Positions 8,778 through 18,183 of a stretch of DNA of 43,573 bases are shown one piece after another. The position numbers were made by a program, and so were the translations under genes. Origin of the DNA: an uncultured Thermotogae bacterium (GTDB lineage: Bacteria > Bipolaricaulota > Bipolaricaulia > UBA7950 > UBA9294); the NCBI GenBank assembly GCA_964593295.1, contig CAZQHD010000002.1:1-43573 (forward strand). The letters run 5' to 3'. The notes beneath the pieces are model-generated. The model was given only the letters and a program-made list of their open reading frames with translations, did not search any database and was not told where the DNA came from. Position 1 is the first letter of the stretch; the number at the start of each line of letters is the position of its first letter.

Positions 8778-9675
8778 GGCCATGGAGTTGGGCCATCATC
8801 ATGCCGGCCAGCATGAGCGAGCTTCCCCACACGCCGCGGGCGGAGAGAGATTCTCCCAACAGCCACCACCCGCCGAGGAGCGCGAAGACCGTCTCCAGGC
8901 TCATCACCACCCCGGCCTGAGCGGGCAGGACGTGTTGTTGTCCGATGAGCTGGAGTGTGTACGCCGCGCCGACGGAGAGGATGCCTGCATAGGCCAGCGT
9001 CCATGCGGCGTGCTGTAAGGCAACGAGCGGAATCGACTCTCGGAACGAAGCGACCAGGAGGCTGAGCGCCGCGCAGAGGAGGAATTGCAGCACCGCCAAA
9101 CGGAGGGGATGGATCCGGCGGATGAGCCAGGCGACAAGCTGAACGTGAACTGCCCAACCGAACGCACTTCCCAACACCAAGGCGTCACCGGGAAGAAGGG
9201 TGAACGATCCGACCACGCTCAAGACATAGAGACCGACGGTGGCGAAGAAGCACCCAATCCAGACCATCGGATGTACACGTTGCCGCCAGATCAGGCCGAG
9301 CAGGGGAACGATGACCACATAGAGTCCGGTGATGAACCCTGCCTTGCCGGCAGTGGTGTAGACCAGGCCCACCTGTTGTAGGTTGGATGCGACGAACAAG
9401 ACGATGCCGGCTGCAATCACTCCGATCCACGCACGGCCGGACACAGCGGCTCGTGGATCCAAACGGTGTCGCCTTCGACGAGCGAGGAGCCATGGCAGCA
9501 ACACCATGCTCCCCAACGCAAAGCGGATCCCGTTGAACGTGAACGGGCCGATGAAGCGCATCCCTGCGCGTTGAGCGACGAAGGCGAATCCCCAGATGAC
9601 CGCGGCCAGCAACAGAGCGGCCAACGCCTTGGCTTCCTTCCGTCTTCTGTCGGTGATCGAGTGAGAGGGTGTCAT
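8710..9675 (-). CDS. DMT superfamily transporter (EamA/RhaT type)
   Basis: About 10 TM helices in two EamA-like halves (WGFAFVAQRAGM..., GDALVLGSAFGWAVHVQL...). The polar C-terminal tail overlaps 8710-8777 of the convergent gene. Confidence 0.85.
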   Translation of the reverse strand: MTPSHSITDRRRKEAKALAALLLAAVIWGFAFVAQRAGMRFIGPFTFNGIRFALGSMVLLPWLLARRRRHRLDPRAAVSGRAWIGVIAAGIVLFVASNLQQVGLVYTTAGKAGFITGLYVVIVPLLGLIWRQRVHPMVWIGCFFATVGLYVLSVVGSFTLLPGDALVLGSAFGWAVHVQLVAWLIRRIHPLRLAVLQFLLCAALSLLVASFRESIPLVALQHAAWTLAYAGILSVGAAYTLQLIGQQHVLPAQAGVVMSLETVFALLGGWWLLGESLSARGVWGSSLMLAGMMMAQLHGLKGDRSAHPGHPESRSRSRTKG

Positions 9676-9855
9676 TGTACGTTCCGAGAGAAAGGCGCTT
9701 CAGCGTAGCCGATGGGGCTTGCGCGAGCAACCGAGACACCCGAAAGCATCCGCAGAGTGATGAGGAGGATCCGTCCGGTATAATGGTGCTTTGGAGGCGA
9801 GAACAATTCTCATGAACACGCTCTGGAGAGCAGACTTTTTTGGGGAGGGGGAAGC

Positions 9856-10858
9856 ATGTCGAGGTTGATCGATCGATTGCTGGACTCCGCATCACGCCAG
9901 GAGGACGACCCCCGTCCTGTACAGCGCATGCGCTTGCCGAGCGTTGTGGGATGGGGCTTGGTCTTGCTGGTCGCGGCCATCTACTTGGCGACCGGCATCT
10001 ACACGGTGGGCGCGTCCGAGGAGGCGCTTGTCAAACGGTTCGGTCGCTATGTGCGAAGCACCGGGCCGGGGATCCACTATCATCTGCCGGCACCGTTCGA
10101 ACAGGTCGTTACGGTCGACATTCGGCAGGTCCGGAACGTGGAGATCGGGTTTCGTACGATCTCTCCGGCACCGAACCCGCGGTATCAGTCGATCATCTCC
10201 GAAGCACAAATGCTGACTGGAGACGGGAATATCACGCACGTGGAGATGGCGATCCAGTATCGGGTGAAGGACGCGGCGATGCTTGCCTTCAACCTGATCT
10301 CACCGCACACGATCGTCAAGCAAGCGGCCGAAGCGATGCTTCGCGAGGAGGTCGCCACGAGAACGTTGGACGAGACCCTCACGGAACTGCGCGATGTCAT
10401 CGGGATCAACACGCTGATCGCGTTGCAGGAACTTCTGGATCTGTACGGAGCAGGGATCTCGATCGACAACGTGCAGCTGCAGGCGGTGAAGCCGCCCAGT
10501 GAGGTTGTGTCTGCGTTCGATGACGTCAACAGCGCAATACAGGACAAGGAGAAGCTGATCAACCAGGCGCAGCGGTATTCATTGGACATCATCCCGCGCG
10601 CGGGGGCAGGCACGGGAGATCTCCAACCAGGCCGATGCGTACAAGCAGACGCGGATCAAGGGCGCCGAGGGGGAGGTGGCGAGGTTCCGAGAGGTTCTCG
10701 CCCGTTACTCGGTGGGCGAGGAGGTCACACGAACCCGTCTGTACATCGAGGCCCTGGAGGACATCCTTCCCGGGATGGAGAAGATCCTCATCAGTGAGGA
10801 CACGGGAGGGATTCTCAAACTGCTCAGTCTCGATGGTGCAGGAGGTGAGATCGAATGA
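9856..10858 (+). pseudogene. hflK: FtsH protease modulator HflK, reading frame broken near 10595-10606 (a real frameshift or an assembly error)
   Basis: N-terminal TM helix plus SPFH/band-7 core (VGASEEALVKRFGRYVRSTGPGIHYHLPAPFEQV) in the frame of 9856. After ...AQRYSLDIIPRA, the conserved HflK C-terminus (RGQAREISNQADAYKQTRIKGAEGEVARFREVLARY...RLYIEALEDIL) continues in the frame of 10676. Its stop overlaps the hflC ATG (ATGA at 10855-10858). Confidence 0.8.
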
Positions 10859-11715
10859 GGCCTCTGATGGTATTCCTCGGTGTGATCGTTCTCCTGTTGA
10901 TCGGATACAGCCTGCTGACGTTCACCGTGGACGAAACGCAGAAGGCGGCGGTATTGAGGTTCGGGGAGATCGTCCGGCTTGTGGAGACCCCGGGGCTGTA
11001 CTTCAAGCTCCCCTTCATCCAGACCGTCACGCATCTGGACCGAAGGATCCTCAACTATGATATCCAACCGCTCGACGTCTATACCTCGGACCAGAAACGT
11101 TTGACCATCGACAACTATGCCATTTGGCGTGTCGGAGATCCTCGGCAGTTCATCGAGGCAACGGGGGGACGCACTCTCAGCGCACAGACCCGCATCGATG
11201 AGATCGTGTTCTCTGACCTTCGGAACGTGCTTGCGGAGCAGACCCTTGACGAGATCGTGTCCGAGAAGAGGGGAGATTATCTTGATCTCGTGACCGCGAT
11301 GAGTCGGGAGAAGCTCAAGGAGTTCGGCATTGACCTCATCGATGTACGCATCATACGGGCAGACCTTCCGTCCGAGATCGAGCAGGCGGTGTTTGCGAGG
11401 ATGCGCTCGGAACGAGAGCGGATTGCTGCACAGCTTCGGGCAGAAGGGGAGGAACAGTCCAGGCAGATCACGTCGAGCGCGGACCGAGACGCGGAGATCC
11501 TCCTGGCGGACGCGCGCAGGGACGCAGAGCGGGTTCGTGGAGAGGGAGATGCACAGGCGTTGGAGATTTACGCCGTAGCCTACAATGAGGATCCTCAGTT
11601 CTACCGATACTGGCGAACACTGGAGTCGTATCGGGTGGCGTTGGCCGAGAACACCCGCATCGTGCTCTCCACAGAGTCTGACTACCTCCGATTCCTGGAG
11701 CGGATGGATGATTGA
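10855..11715 (+). CDS. hflC: FtsH protease modulator HflC
   Basis: N-terminal TM helix, an SPFH domain (AAVLRFGEIVRLVETPGLYFKLPFIQTV), a coiled-coil C-terminal region, and a position immediately after hflK. Confidence 0.9.
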   Translation: MRPLMVFLGVIVLLLIGYSLLTFTVDETQKAAVLRFGEIVRLVETPGLYFKLPFIQTVTHLDRRILNYDIQPLDVYTSDQKRLTIDNYAIWRVGDPRQFIEATGGRTLSAQTRIDEIVFSDLRNVLAEQTLDEIVSEKRGDYLDLVTAMSREKLKEFGIDLIDVRIIRADLPSEIEQAVFARMRSERERIAAQLRAEGEEQSRQITSSADRDAEILLADARRDAERVRGEGDAQALEIYAVAYNEDPQFYRYWRTLESYRVALAENTRIVLSTESDYLRFLERMDD

Positions 11716-11792
11716 CTGCAGGCATCCGGCTCGTGAGGGGAAACGTAGTTGGATCCGGAACGATCGCGCGGGAGCGAGGGGAGTCTCTGTTC

Positions 11793-13052
11793 ATGACGGA
11801 CTCGATGCTGTATGACGTCGCGGTGATTGGTGCGGGTCCCGCAGGGGTGACCGCCGCCATCTTCTCGGCTCGAGAGGGAGCACGTACACTCTTGCTGGAT
11901 CGAATGCCGGATCCAGCACAGAAGATGCTTCTCTCCGGCGGCGGGCGCTGCAACATCCTGCCCAAGGTGGCAGATCCTTCGGACTACGTGACCGACTCAT
12001 CCGCCTATCTCCTGAGAAACATCCTCCTTGCTTGGTCCTTGGAGGAGGTTCGCGCGTTCTTGGAGACGGAGATCGGACTCAAGATCAGAGAGGATCAGGC
12101 CACTGGGAAGCTATTCGTGGCGGGCGGCGGCAAAGAGGCGCGCCAGCGGCTGCTCGCTTCAGCCCAGTCAGCAGGGGTCCGTATCGTGAGGTCCTTCAGG
12201 GTCGAACGACTGGGGGGAGGAGATCCCACCTTCTTCCTGACGGCTCCGGATAAGACCACCCATCGCGCACGGCGTGTCATCCTGGCCTGTGGGGGGCAGT
12301 CGTATCCGCACACCGGAAGTGACGGATCCGGAATCGAGTTGGCGCGTGCGAGAGAGCATCGCATCGTTCCTCCGTATCCCGCGTTGACGCCGCTGATCGG
12401 AGAACGCCCTTCGCATCGCATGCTTGCCGGCATCACGCTTCAGGCGACGGTGACGGCCCGATCCTCGACAGAGGAAGCCACATCTCGAGATGGGTTTCTC
12501 TTCACCCATCGGGGGTACAGTGGGCCGGCGGTACTGAACACCAGTCATGTGGTGGCTCGTGCTCGGCAACGGCGAGAGCCGGTTCAAGTGCTTGTCTCAT
12601 GGACCGACCTCCGCGAAGACGAGTGGAGATCTCTGCTCTCGGAGGGGAAGCGAACGCTTCGGGGAGCGCTCGTCCACGAGATGCCCGCCCGTCTTGCCGA
12701 TCAGCTGTTGGAGGAGAACGCTCTGAAGGATGCTCGGGTCGCGACCCTGGAAAAGGATCGGCGCGAGCAACTGATCCGAGCGCTCACGGCCTATCCGCTC
12801 CCCATCACTCGGAACGATGGCTTCGACTCGGCGGAGGTGACCGGAGGCGGCGTGCATCTGGGCGACGTGGAAGCGAAGACGCTGGAGAGCCGACGCACGC
12901 CTCGCCTCTTCTTCTGCGGGGAGATCCTGGATGCATTTGGCCCGATCGGAGGCATGAACTTCCTGTGGACGTTCGTCACGGGACGGAAGGCGGGGCAGGC
13001 GGCAGGCAGCGACGCGCGAGAAGAACAGAACGACAACAGGAAGGGTTCGTGA
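11793..13052 (+). CDS. HI0933/BaiN-type NAD(P)/FAD-dependent oxidoreductase
   Basis: YDVAVIGAGPAGVTAAIFSAREG dinucleotide fold followed by the family-typical LLSGGGRCN. C-terminal GGMNFLWTFVTGRKAG. I prefer the ATG at 11793 to the track start at 11712. Confidence 0.85.
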   Translation: MTDSMLYDVAVIGAGPAGVTAAIFSAREGARTLLLDRMPDPAQKMLLSGGGRCNILPKVADPSDYVTDSSAYLLRNILLAWSLEEVRAFLETEIGLKIREDQATGKLFVAGGGKEARQRLLASAQSAGVRIVRSFRVERLGGGDPTFFLTAPDKTTHRARRVILACGGQSYPHTGSDGSGIELARAREHRIVPPYPALTPLIGERPSHRMLAGITLQATVTARSSTEEATSRDGFLFTHRGYSGPAVLNTSHVVARARQRREPVQVLVSWTDLREDEWRSLLSEGKRTLRGALVHEMPARLADQLLEENALKDARVATLEKDRREQLIRALTAYPLPITRNDGFDSAEVTGGGVHLGDVEAKTLESRRTPRLFFCGEILDAFGPIGGMNFLWTFVTGRKAGQAAGSDAREEQNDNRKGS

Positions 13053-13062
13053 AACGCTCCTA

Positions 13063-14280
13063 TCAGGTGTGGAGAGATGCGCTTCGAAGCGTGGAGAAGG
13101 CATCCAAGACCTGGCTGAGCTGATCCTCGGTGTGCGTTGCCATCACGCTGGTGCGCAGCAACGACTGCCCTTGAGGCACGGCCGGGGGAATCGCCACGTT
13201 GACGTACACCCCGGCTTCGAAGAGCACGCGCCACGCCTTGAGCGCCTCCAGCGCATCGCCGAGGAACACCGGGATGATCGGCGTGCTGCTCGTCCCGACG
13301 TCGAACCCCAGGGAGCGAAGCCCTTCGCGGAGACGGTCGGCCCGCGCGTTCACCTGTTGGACACGCTCCGGTTCCCGTTCCAGGATCTTCAGCGCGGCGA
13401 GCGCGGCGGCGACGTTGGGTGCCGGAAGGCTGGCGCTGAAGATCAGCGAACGTGCCATGTGGCGGATCCAGTGAATGGGTGCCGCCGACCCGGCGATGTA
13501 CCCGCCGATCGACGCCAGAGACTTGCTGAAGGTTCCCATGAGAAGATCCACACGGTCCGCAACGTTGAGGAGGTGAGCTGTCCCGCGTCCACAGCCGACG
13601 GCGCCGACGCCGTGCGCATCATCGACCATCCATCGCGTGTTTGTCTCCTCGCAAAGGCTGGCGATCTCGGGCAGGAAGGCGATCTCTCCGCTCATGCTGA
13701 ATACCCCGTCGGTGACGAGCAGCTTGCCGGCATCCTCGGGGCAGGCTTCGAGAACCCTGCGAAGGTCCTCCATGTCGCTGTGCTGATACCGAAGCATGCG
13801 TCCCAGCGATAGCCTGCACCCATCCACGATGGATGCGTGGTTGTCTTTGTCGCTGATCACGACGTCTCTTCGTCCGATCAGACCCGACAGCACACCCAGA
13901 TTCGTCTGATAGCCCGTACTGAAGACGATGGCGTCGTCCTTGCCCAAGAAGTCGGCCAGACGCGATTCCAGCTCGCCGTGCAGGCGCAGGGTGCCGTTGA
14001 GGAAGCGTGACCCCGTACAGCTCGTACCGTATTGACGAACGGCGTCCTCTGACGCACGGCGAACCTCGGGATGCATGGTGAGTCCGAGGTAGTTGTTCGA
14101 ACCCAGCATGATCAGGCGACGTCCGTCGATGACGATCTCCGTACCCTCTGCGTGGTCCAGCGGAATGAAGAACGGGTAAAGGTTCATCTCCTTTGCGGCA
14201 CGCGGGCTGGCCGGATACCCCATTCGGATTGCGAACGATGGGTCGGATAGAAAGCTCTCACAGCGGGCAAACAGATCCAC
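13063..14280 (-). CDS. PLP-dependent alpha-oxoamine synthase, serine palmitoyltransferase (Spt)-like
   Basis: LGSNNYLGL, GSRFLNGT, DDAHGVG, the PLP-lysine block GTFSKSLASIGGYIAG, and RSLIFSASLPAPNVAA. By my recollection, GSRxLNGT and GTFSKS match Spt-type enzymes better than BioF or Kbl. The GTG start overlaps the SDR stop by 1 nt. Confidence 0.8.
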   Translation of the reverse strand: MDLFARCESFLSDPSFAIRMGYPASPRAAKEMNLYPFFIPLDHAEGTEIVIDGRRLIMLGSNNYLGLTMHPEVRRASEDAVRQYGTSCTGSRFLNGTLRLHGELESRLADFLGKDDAIVFSTGYQTNLGVLSGLIGRRDVVISDKDNHASIVDGCRLSLGRMLRYQHSDMEDLRRVLEACPEDAGKLLVTDGVFSMSGEIAFLPEIASLCEETNTRWMVDDAHGVGAVGCGRGTAHLLNVADRVDLLMGTFSKSLASIGGYIAGSAAPIHWIRHMARSLIFSASLPAPNVAAALAALKILEREPERVQQVNARADRLREGLRSLGFDVGTSSTPIIPVFLGDALEALKAWRVLFEAGVYVNVAIPPAVPQGQSLLRTSVMATHTEDQLSQVLDAFSTLRSASLHT

Positions 14281-15185
14281 TAGCTTCTCCTTCCGTTACA
14301 CGGAGGCACGCCGTAGTACTTCGAAAGAGCCCACTCAAACCATTGGGACGGCAGAACGCGTTTCAGCTCGACGGCTCCTCGTTGAGATCTCGGGCCGACA
14401 GTATAGCGTACACGTGGAGATCGACACGTCAACACGCGCTCCACAAGTCGCGCAACCGACTCTGGATGGGCGCCGCCACGTTCGTCCTTCTCGACCACCG
14501 AGAGCACATGGTCCTCGGTCTCTCGGTAGATGGAACCCGGGCGAGATGCTTGCACGCGCTTCCGACGGTCGGTGAACTGTGTGTGAACGTCGCCGGGCTC
14601 GATCAGCACGACCTGTACACCGCCCGGAGCGGCTTCCATGCGCATCGCTTCGGTGAGCCCCTCCAGCGCGAACTTGGTCGCACTGTAGAGTCCCTGGTAG
14701 GGAAGGCCGATGCGACCGCCGATCGAGGAGATGTTCAGGATCTTCCCCCGTCCTTGGTGGCGGAGCACTGGAAGTACAGCACGACAAACCCTCATGACTC
14801 CTAGGAGGTTCGTCTCAAGGAGGGCACGAGCCTCTTCGTCCGATGTCTCCTCTACCGCGCCGAACAGCCCAACCCCCGCACAGTTGATGACGCCATCCAG
14901 GCTTCCTGCGTCCTGCAACACACGTTCGACCCCCGCGGTCACCGAGGCGGCGTCATCAACGTTCATCGTCACCATTCTCAGGAACTGGGAGGGGGGAAGC
15001 AGCTGTCGAAGCTCGTCCTCAATGGGCTCGGGGTCGTGACGCGTGGTTCCGAACACAGGGTATCCACGCCGTGCCAGTCGCAACGCGCATGCGCGCCCGA
15101 TACCTGAAGACGCCCCCGTGATCAACAGCACGCCGAGCGTGCGCGCTCTGTGGCGGCGGCTCATGAAGGCTCTTTCTCTCTTCAC
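14280..15185 (-). CDS. classical short-chain dehydrogenase/reductase (SDR)
   Basis: TGASSGIGRA cofactor motif, NISS, and catalytic YSATKFALEGL. The GTG start overlaps the lipocalin stop (GTGA). An alternative ATG is at 15164. Confidence 0.85.
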   Translation of the reverse strand: MKRERAFMSRRHRARTLGVLLITGASSGIGRACALRLARRGYPVFGTTRHDPEPIEDELRQLLPPSQFLRMVTMNVDDAASVTAGVERVLQDAGSLDGVINCAGVGLFGAVEETSDEEARALLETNLLGVMRVCRAVLPVLRHQGRGKILNISSIGGRIGLPYQGLYSATKFALEGLTEAMRMEAAPGGVQVVLIEPGDVHTQFTDRRKRVQASRPGSIYRETEDHVLSVVEKDERGGAHPESVARLVERVLTCRSPRVRYTVGPRSQRGAVELKRVLPSQWFEWALSKYYGVPPCNGRRS

Positions 15186-15730
15186 GGACGCTCGTCCAAT
15201 CCGTCGATCTGCGGAATCCTCTGGAACGCGTCTCGGAGATATCCCTGAGTCTCTAGGCGTTGGAAAATCCCCTCAAGGACCGCCTCCGGTAGGCAGGGTG
15301 TCCGACTGAGAATCCATCCATACCGACGAGAAGGGTGGCCAACGACAGCATACGTGTAGTCCTCTGCCAGATCGATGATCCAGTAAGGGGCGCCGAACCA
15401 CCACAAGCCCAGGAAACGCACGAAACTCACACGCAATTTGGCTGGATCCGATGGATCGGGGATCCATGCGTTTCCCCGGGCGGTGTCTTGGGAGCCCTGC
15501 GCGGTGTAGCACCGGTTGACGACCTCAACTCTTCCGTTGGGCAGGAGGGTGTACTCAGCTGTAGTTCCGGCTGCGCATCTTCGCTCAAACGGCGTAGGGA
15601 TGCTGGCAATCGAGTACCAACGTCCCATGTAGCGAGTCAGATCGACCGACGATACTGTCTGTAGGGCGGGACGCGCCAGCCCTCCCCATCCCAGGCACAA
15701 CATAATCGCGACAAGTGCGCCCGTTCGCAT
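15182..15730 (-). CDS. bacterial lipocalin (Blc-like)
   Basis: Signal sequence, then the lipocalin signature LTRYMGRWYSIASIPTPFE. Also YWIIDLAEDYTYAVVG and GWILSRTP, as in Blc family proteins. Confidence 0.85.
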   Translation of the reverse strand: MRTGALVAIMLCLGWGGLARPALQTVSSVDLTRYMGRWYSIASIPTPFERRCAAGTTAEYTLLPNGRVEVVNRCYTAQGSQDTARGNAWIPDPSDPAKLRVSFVRFLGLWWFGAPYWIIDLAEDYTYAVVGHPSRRYGWILSRTPCLPEAVLEGIFQRLETQGYLRDAFQRIPQIDGLDERP

Positions 15731-15862
15731 ATTCGATCACCTCTTCCCTGTCAGCGTAGCGCCGTGTTCCTCGTGGGGCAAGCATGAAGGAGAGCGTCTG
15801 TCTCCGGAAGGGGCGCTTCCGAACGGGCTCGGGGGGAAGGAGATGACGATGCGATCCGTGAC

Positions 15863-16984
15863 ATGTACCATCGATTCATGAAACGTGCACTCCAGGTGTT
15901 CTTCGTGGGGGTCTCAGTTGCCCTTATTGCCGGCTGTCTGTTCGACATGAACCTGCCCGTGGTCGATTCGGAGGGTGGGGTGTTCGTCTTTCTGTCGGAG
16001 GATGGCTCGTATGCCTCGTTCTCTGAGGGGGGATCTCTCTATCGGTGGCTTGATGGGCACTGGACCCCCTTCCCCCAGGTGTCGGTTGAGAACGCGGGGG
16101 CAGTCATGGCTGTCTCTCCGAACGGCGAGGAGCTTCTCTACGTGGAGGTCCTTTCAGAGAGCCCCTTCGATCCGCCCTTGACTCGAATCTATCATCTCTC
16201 CACAGTCTGTCCGGCCTCTGCTGCGCCCCGTCTTGTGACAGAGACTCGTCAACTGCTGGCTCGTGCCGCGTGGTCGCCTTGGGGCGTCCTTGTTCTGACG
16301 CTGGATGCGGAGGGCGAGGGACGTATCGGACGACTGGATCTCGCGTCTGGCGAGATCGAGACGCTTCGCACAGGGGTTCTATCGTTTATCGTCCGAGACG
16401 ACATCCTCATCTTCTCGGTGGAAGTGTTCGGTGACCTGGGGATCGGGAGGATCGATCGTTGGGATCCCGAGAGGGGGCCCTTCGAGCACCTCGCGTCCGT
16501 CGCCGTCGGACGAGACACCGCGATGATCTTTCGCTCTCTTCCGCACTCCGTTCTCTGGGACGCGACCGAGGATGGATTGGGCATGGCTCTGGCGATCTAC
16601 AGTGCGTCCGTTCTATCTCCTGACCTGCAGGACAGCTCGCCTTCTCTGTATCTTCTCGACCTTGAAGCAGTCTCAGCTCAACAGGTGGCTGTGACGGGCC
16701 TCATGCCCGCGTTCTCCCCGGACGGAACAAGGCTTGCGCTCCTTGAGGGGGCGGACGAAGAGGCCCTCCATGTGGTGGTCGTATCGTGGAAGGATGGAGA
16801 CAGGCAAACGCTGGAGGGAACGGAGGGAGTCCAGACCCTTCACTGGGTAGGGCCGGATCGTCTCTGGGTTGTGCGGGAAGACGAGAACCAGCAGGTGTTC
16901 CTGCTTGAGGTTGAGGTGTCTCCCGGGGGAGAACACAGTGTGATGATCATCCGCGGCCCAGGGCCTGCGCCGCACACTCCATGA
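15863..16984 (+). CDS. lipoprotein, TolB-like beta-propeller repeats, unknown function
   Basis: Lipobox VALIAGC. Repeated SP(N/D)G..L motifs (AVSPNGEELLY, AFSPDGTRLALL). An alternative start is at 15878. Confidence 0.55.
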   Translation: MYHRFMKRALQVFFVGVSVALIAGCLFDMNLPVVDSEGGVFVFLSEDGSYASFSEGGSLYRWLDGHWTPFPQVSVENAGAVMAVSPNGEELLYVEVLSESPFDPPLTRIYHLSTVCPASAAPRLVTETRQLLARAAWSPWGVLVLTLDAEGEGRIGRLDLASGEIETLRTGVLSFIVRDDILIFSVEVFGDLGIGRIDRWDPERGPFEHLASVAVGRDTAMIFRSLPHSVLWDATEDGLGMALAIYSASVLSPDLQDSSPSLYLLDLEAVSAQQVAVTGLMPAFSPDGTRLALLEGADEEALHVVVVSWKDGDRQTLEGTEGVQTLHWVGPDRLWVVREDENQQVFLLEVEVSPGGEHSVMIIRGPGPAPHTP

Positions 16985-17999
16985 TGCGCGTGTAGCTCAA
17001 CTGCGTTCCTTGCTGGTACCAGGGAACCAGCTGTTCGTGAAGCCGACGGTTGAACGGATGGGCCAACGCCGCCTCCAGGGAACCGTGAAGCCGTCGGCCC
17101 ATGTGGAGTGTCTCTAGCTGCGCGGCGTTCCATTTCTGCTCGTAGTGCCCTTCGATCGGTTGGACCACGATCCTCTTGCCCAGGAAGAAAGCCTCACAGA
17201 TCGTCTGAAACCCTGCGGTTCCTACGTATGCGTAGCAGGACGTGAGATCCTGGAGAAACCGCCCGGCCTCCGACACGAAGTGAACGTTGGCCGGAGTCCC
17301 GGGAGAAGGTTGATTGTACCCGTAGATCAGGATCTCGCGTTCTTGGTGGCGCTCGGCATACGACAGGATTGGGTCTAGCCGCCCGGGAAACGAGTGATAG
17401 ACTAACACATGACCATCATCAGATGGAGACAGTTGCTCTATCTCCGGGCGCAGGATGGGCGGAAGACATGAGCTGTCGTGTGGGTAGAAGTGGCAGCTGA
17501 GGATGACGTCCACACCGCTGGAGCACAGTTTGATGGCCAGGTTCGTGTTGAATCTGTCCAGCCGTTCGCCCGGGAGTGGACTGAGATGGTGTCTACGCGA
17601 CATCGCCCAGTTTCCCACACCCACCTTGAACACGGAGGGGGCGACCAGGGGAGATCCGGTGATGGGGTCGAAGTCGCTTATGATAAAGTCCGGGGCGAAC
17701 TGCGTGATCAGTTTGTGCCCCTGGCGAAGGCTCTTCAGGAGTCCGGGCATCCCACCAACAAACGACGAAGCGGTCTTCCGTTTGGAGATTCCGCCCATGC
17801 CGTCGTCCGCCATCTCGAATCCGGACATCCGCTCATGACGAGAGGTTCCCACGGCGTCGAGGAAGAACGAGGGCGGATCATGGCGCCCGGAGATGATGAC
17901 CAGCATCTCGTGTCCGTCGGCGTCGAACCATGGCTTGAGCGCAGCGAACCGTGCCAGATGCCCGCGACCCGTGCTCTGTACGCCATAAACGATCCTCAC
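16947..17999 (-). CDS. GT-B glycosyltransferase, MJ1255/VC2487 (TIGR00661)-like
   Basis: N-terminus RIVYGVQSTGRGHLARFAAL... is typical of this MurG/UGT-related family. C-terminal GTAGFQTICEAFFLGKRIVVQP is a nucleotide-sugar binding half. The GTG at 17999 is preceded by GGGAGGGGA. Confidence 0.65.
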   Translation of the reverse strand: MRIVYGVQSTGRGHLARFAALKPWFDADGHEMLVIISGRHDPPSFFLDAVGTSRHERMSGFEMADDGMGGISKRKTASSFVGGMPGLLKSLRQGHKLITQFAPDFIISDFDPITGSPLVAPSVFKVGVGNWAMSRRHHLSPLPGERLDRFNTNLAIKLCSSGVDVILSCHFYPHDSSCLPPILRPEIEQLSPSDDGHVLVYHSFPGRLDPILSYAERHQEREILIYGYNQPSPGTPANVHFVSEAGRFLQDLTSCYAYVGTAGFQTICEAFFLGKRIVVQPIEGHYEQKWNAAQLETLHMGRRLHGSLEAALAHPFNRRLHEQLVPWYQQGTQLSYTRIMECAAQALGRG

Positions 18000-18183
18000 C
18001 CGTCCCCTCCCGTGACACACTCGTTCCCATGAGTGTCCGAAGAATCGTAGAGCCCGTCAATCCTAAAGCTGCAGGTTCCCGGCGAGAAGGCTTCTATGGA
18101 TGCCGCTGTCTCGCACTGCTTGCAGTAGCGCCCCCGGGAGGGAGAATAGACAGTGGAAACGACCAAGGAGGGGCTGTTCAATC

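Noticed and set aside
9812-9868. 18-codon upstream ORF (MNTLWRADFFGEGEACRG) overlapping the hflK start
   Set aside because: It has no RBS at proper spacing. The G-rich 3' part is simply the hflK Shine-Dalgarno region. There is no evidence that it is translated.
13069-13812. 247-aa plus-strand ORF. Similar long antisense ORFs lie at 1394-2224, 9185-9895, 19365-19952, 29771-30562, 31026-31868 and 40650-41384.
   Set aside because: Each lies opposite a gene with strong family motifs, and each has the skewed Arg/Gly/Pro composition of non-coding frames in high-GC sequence.
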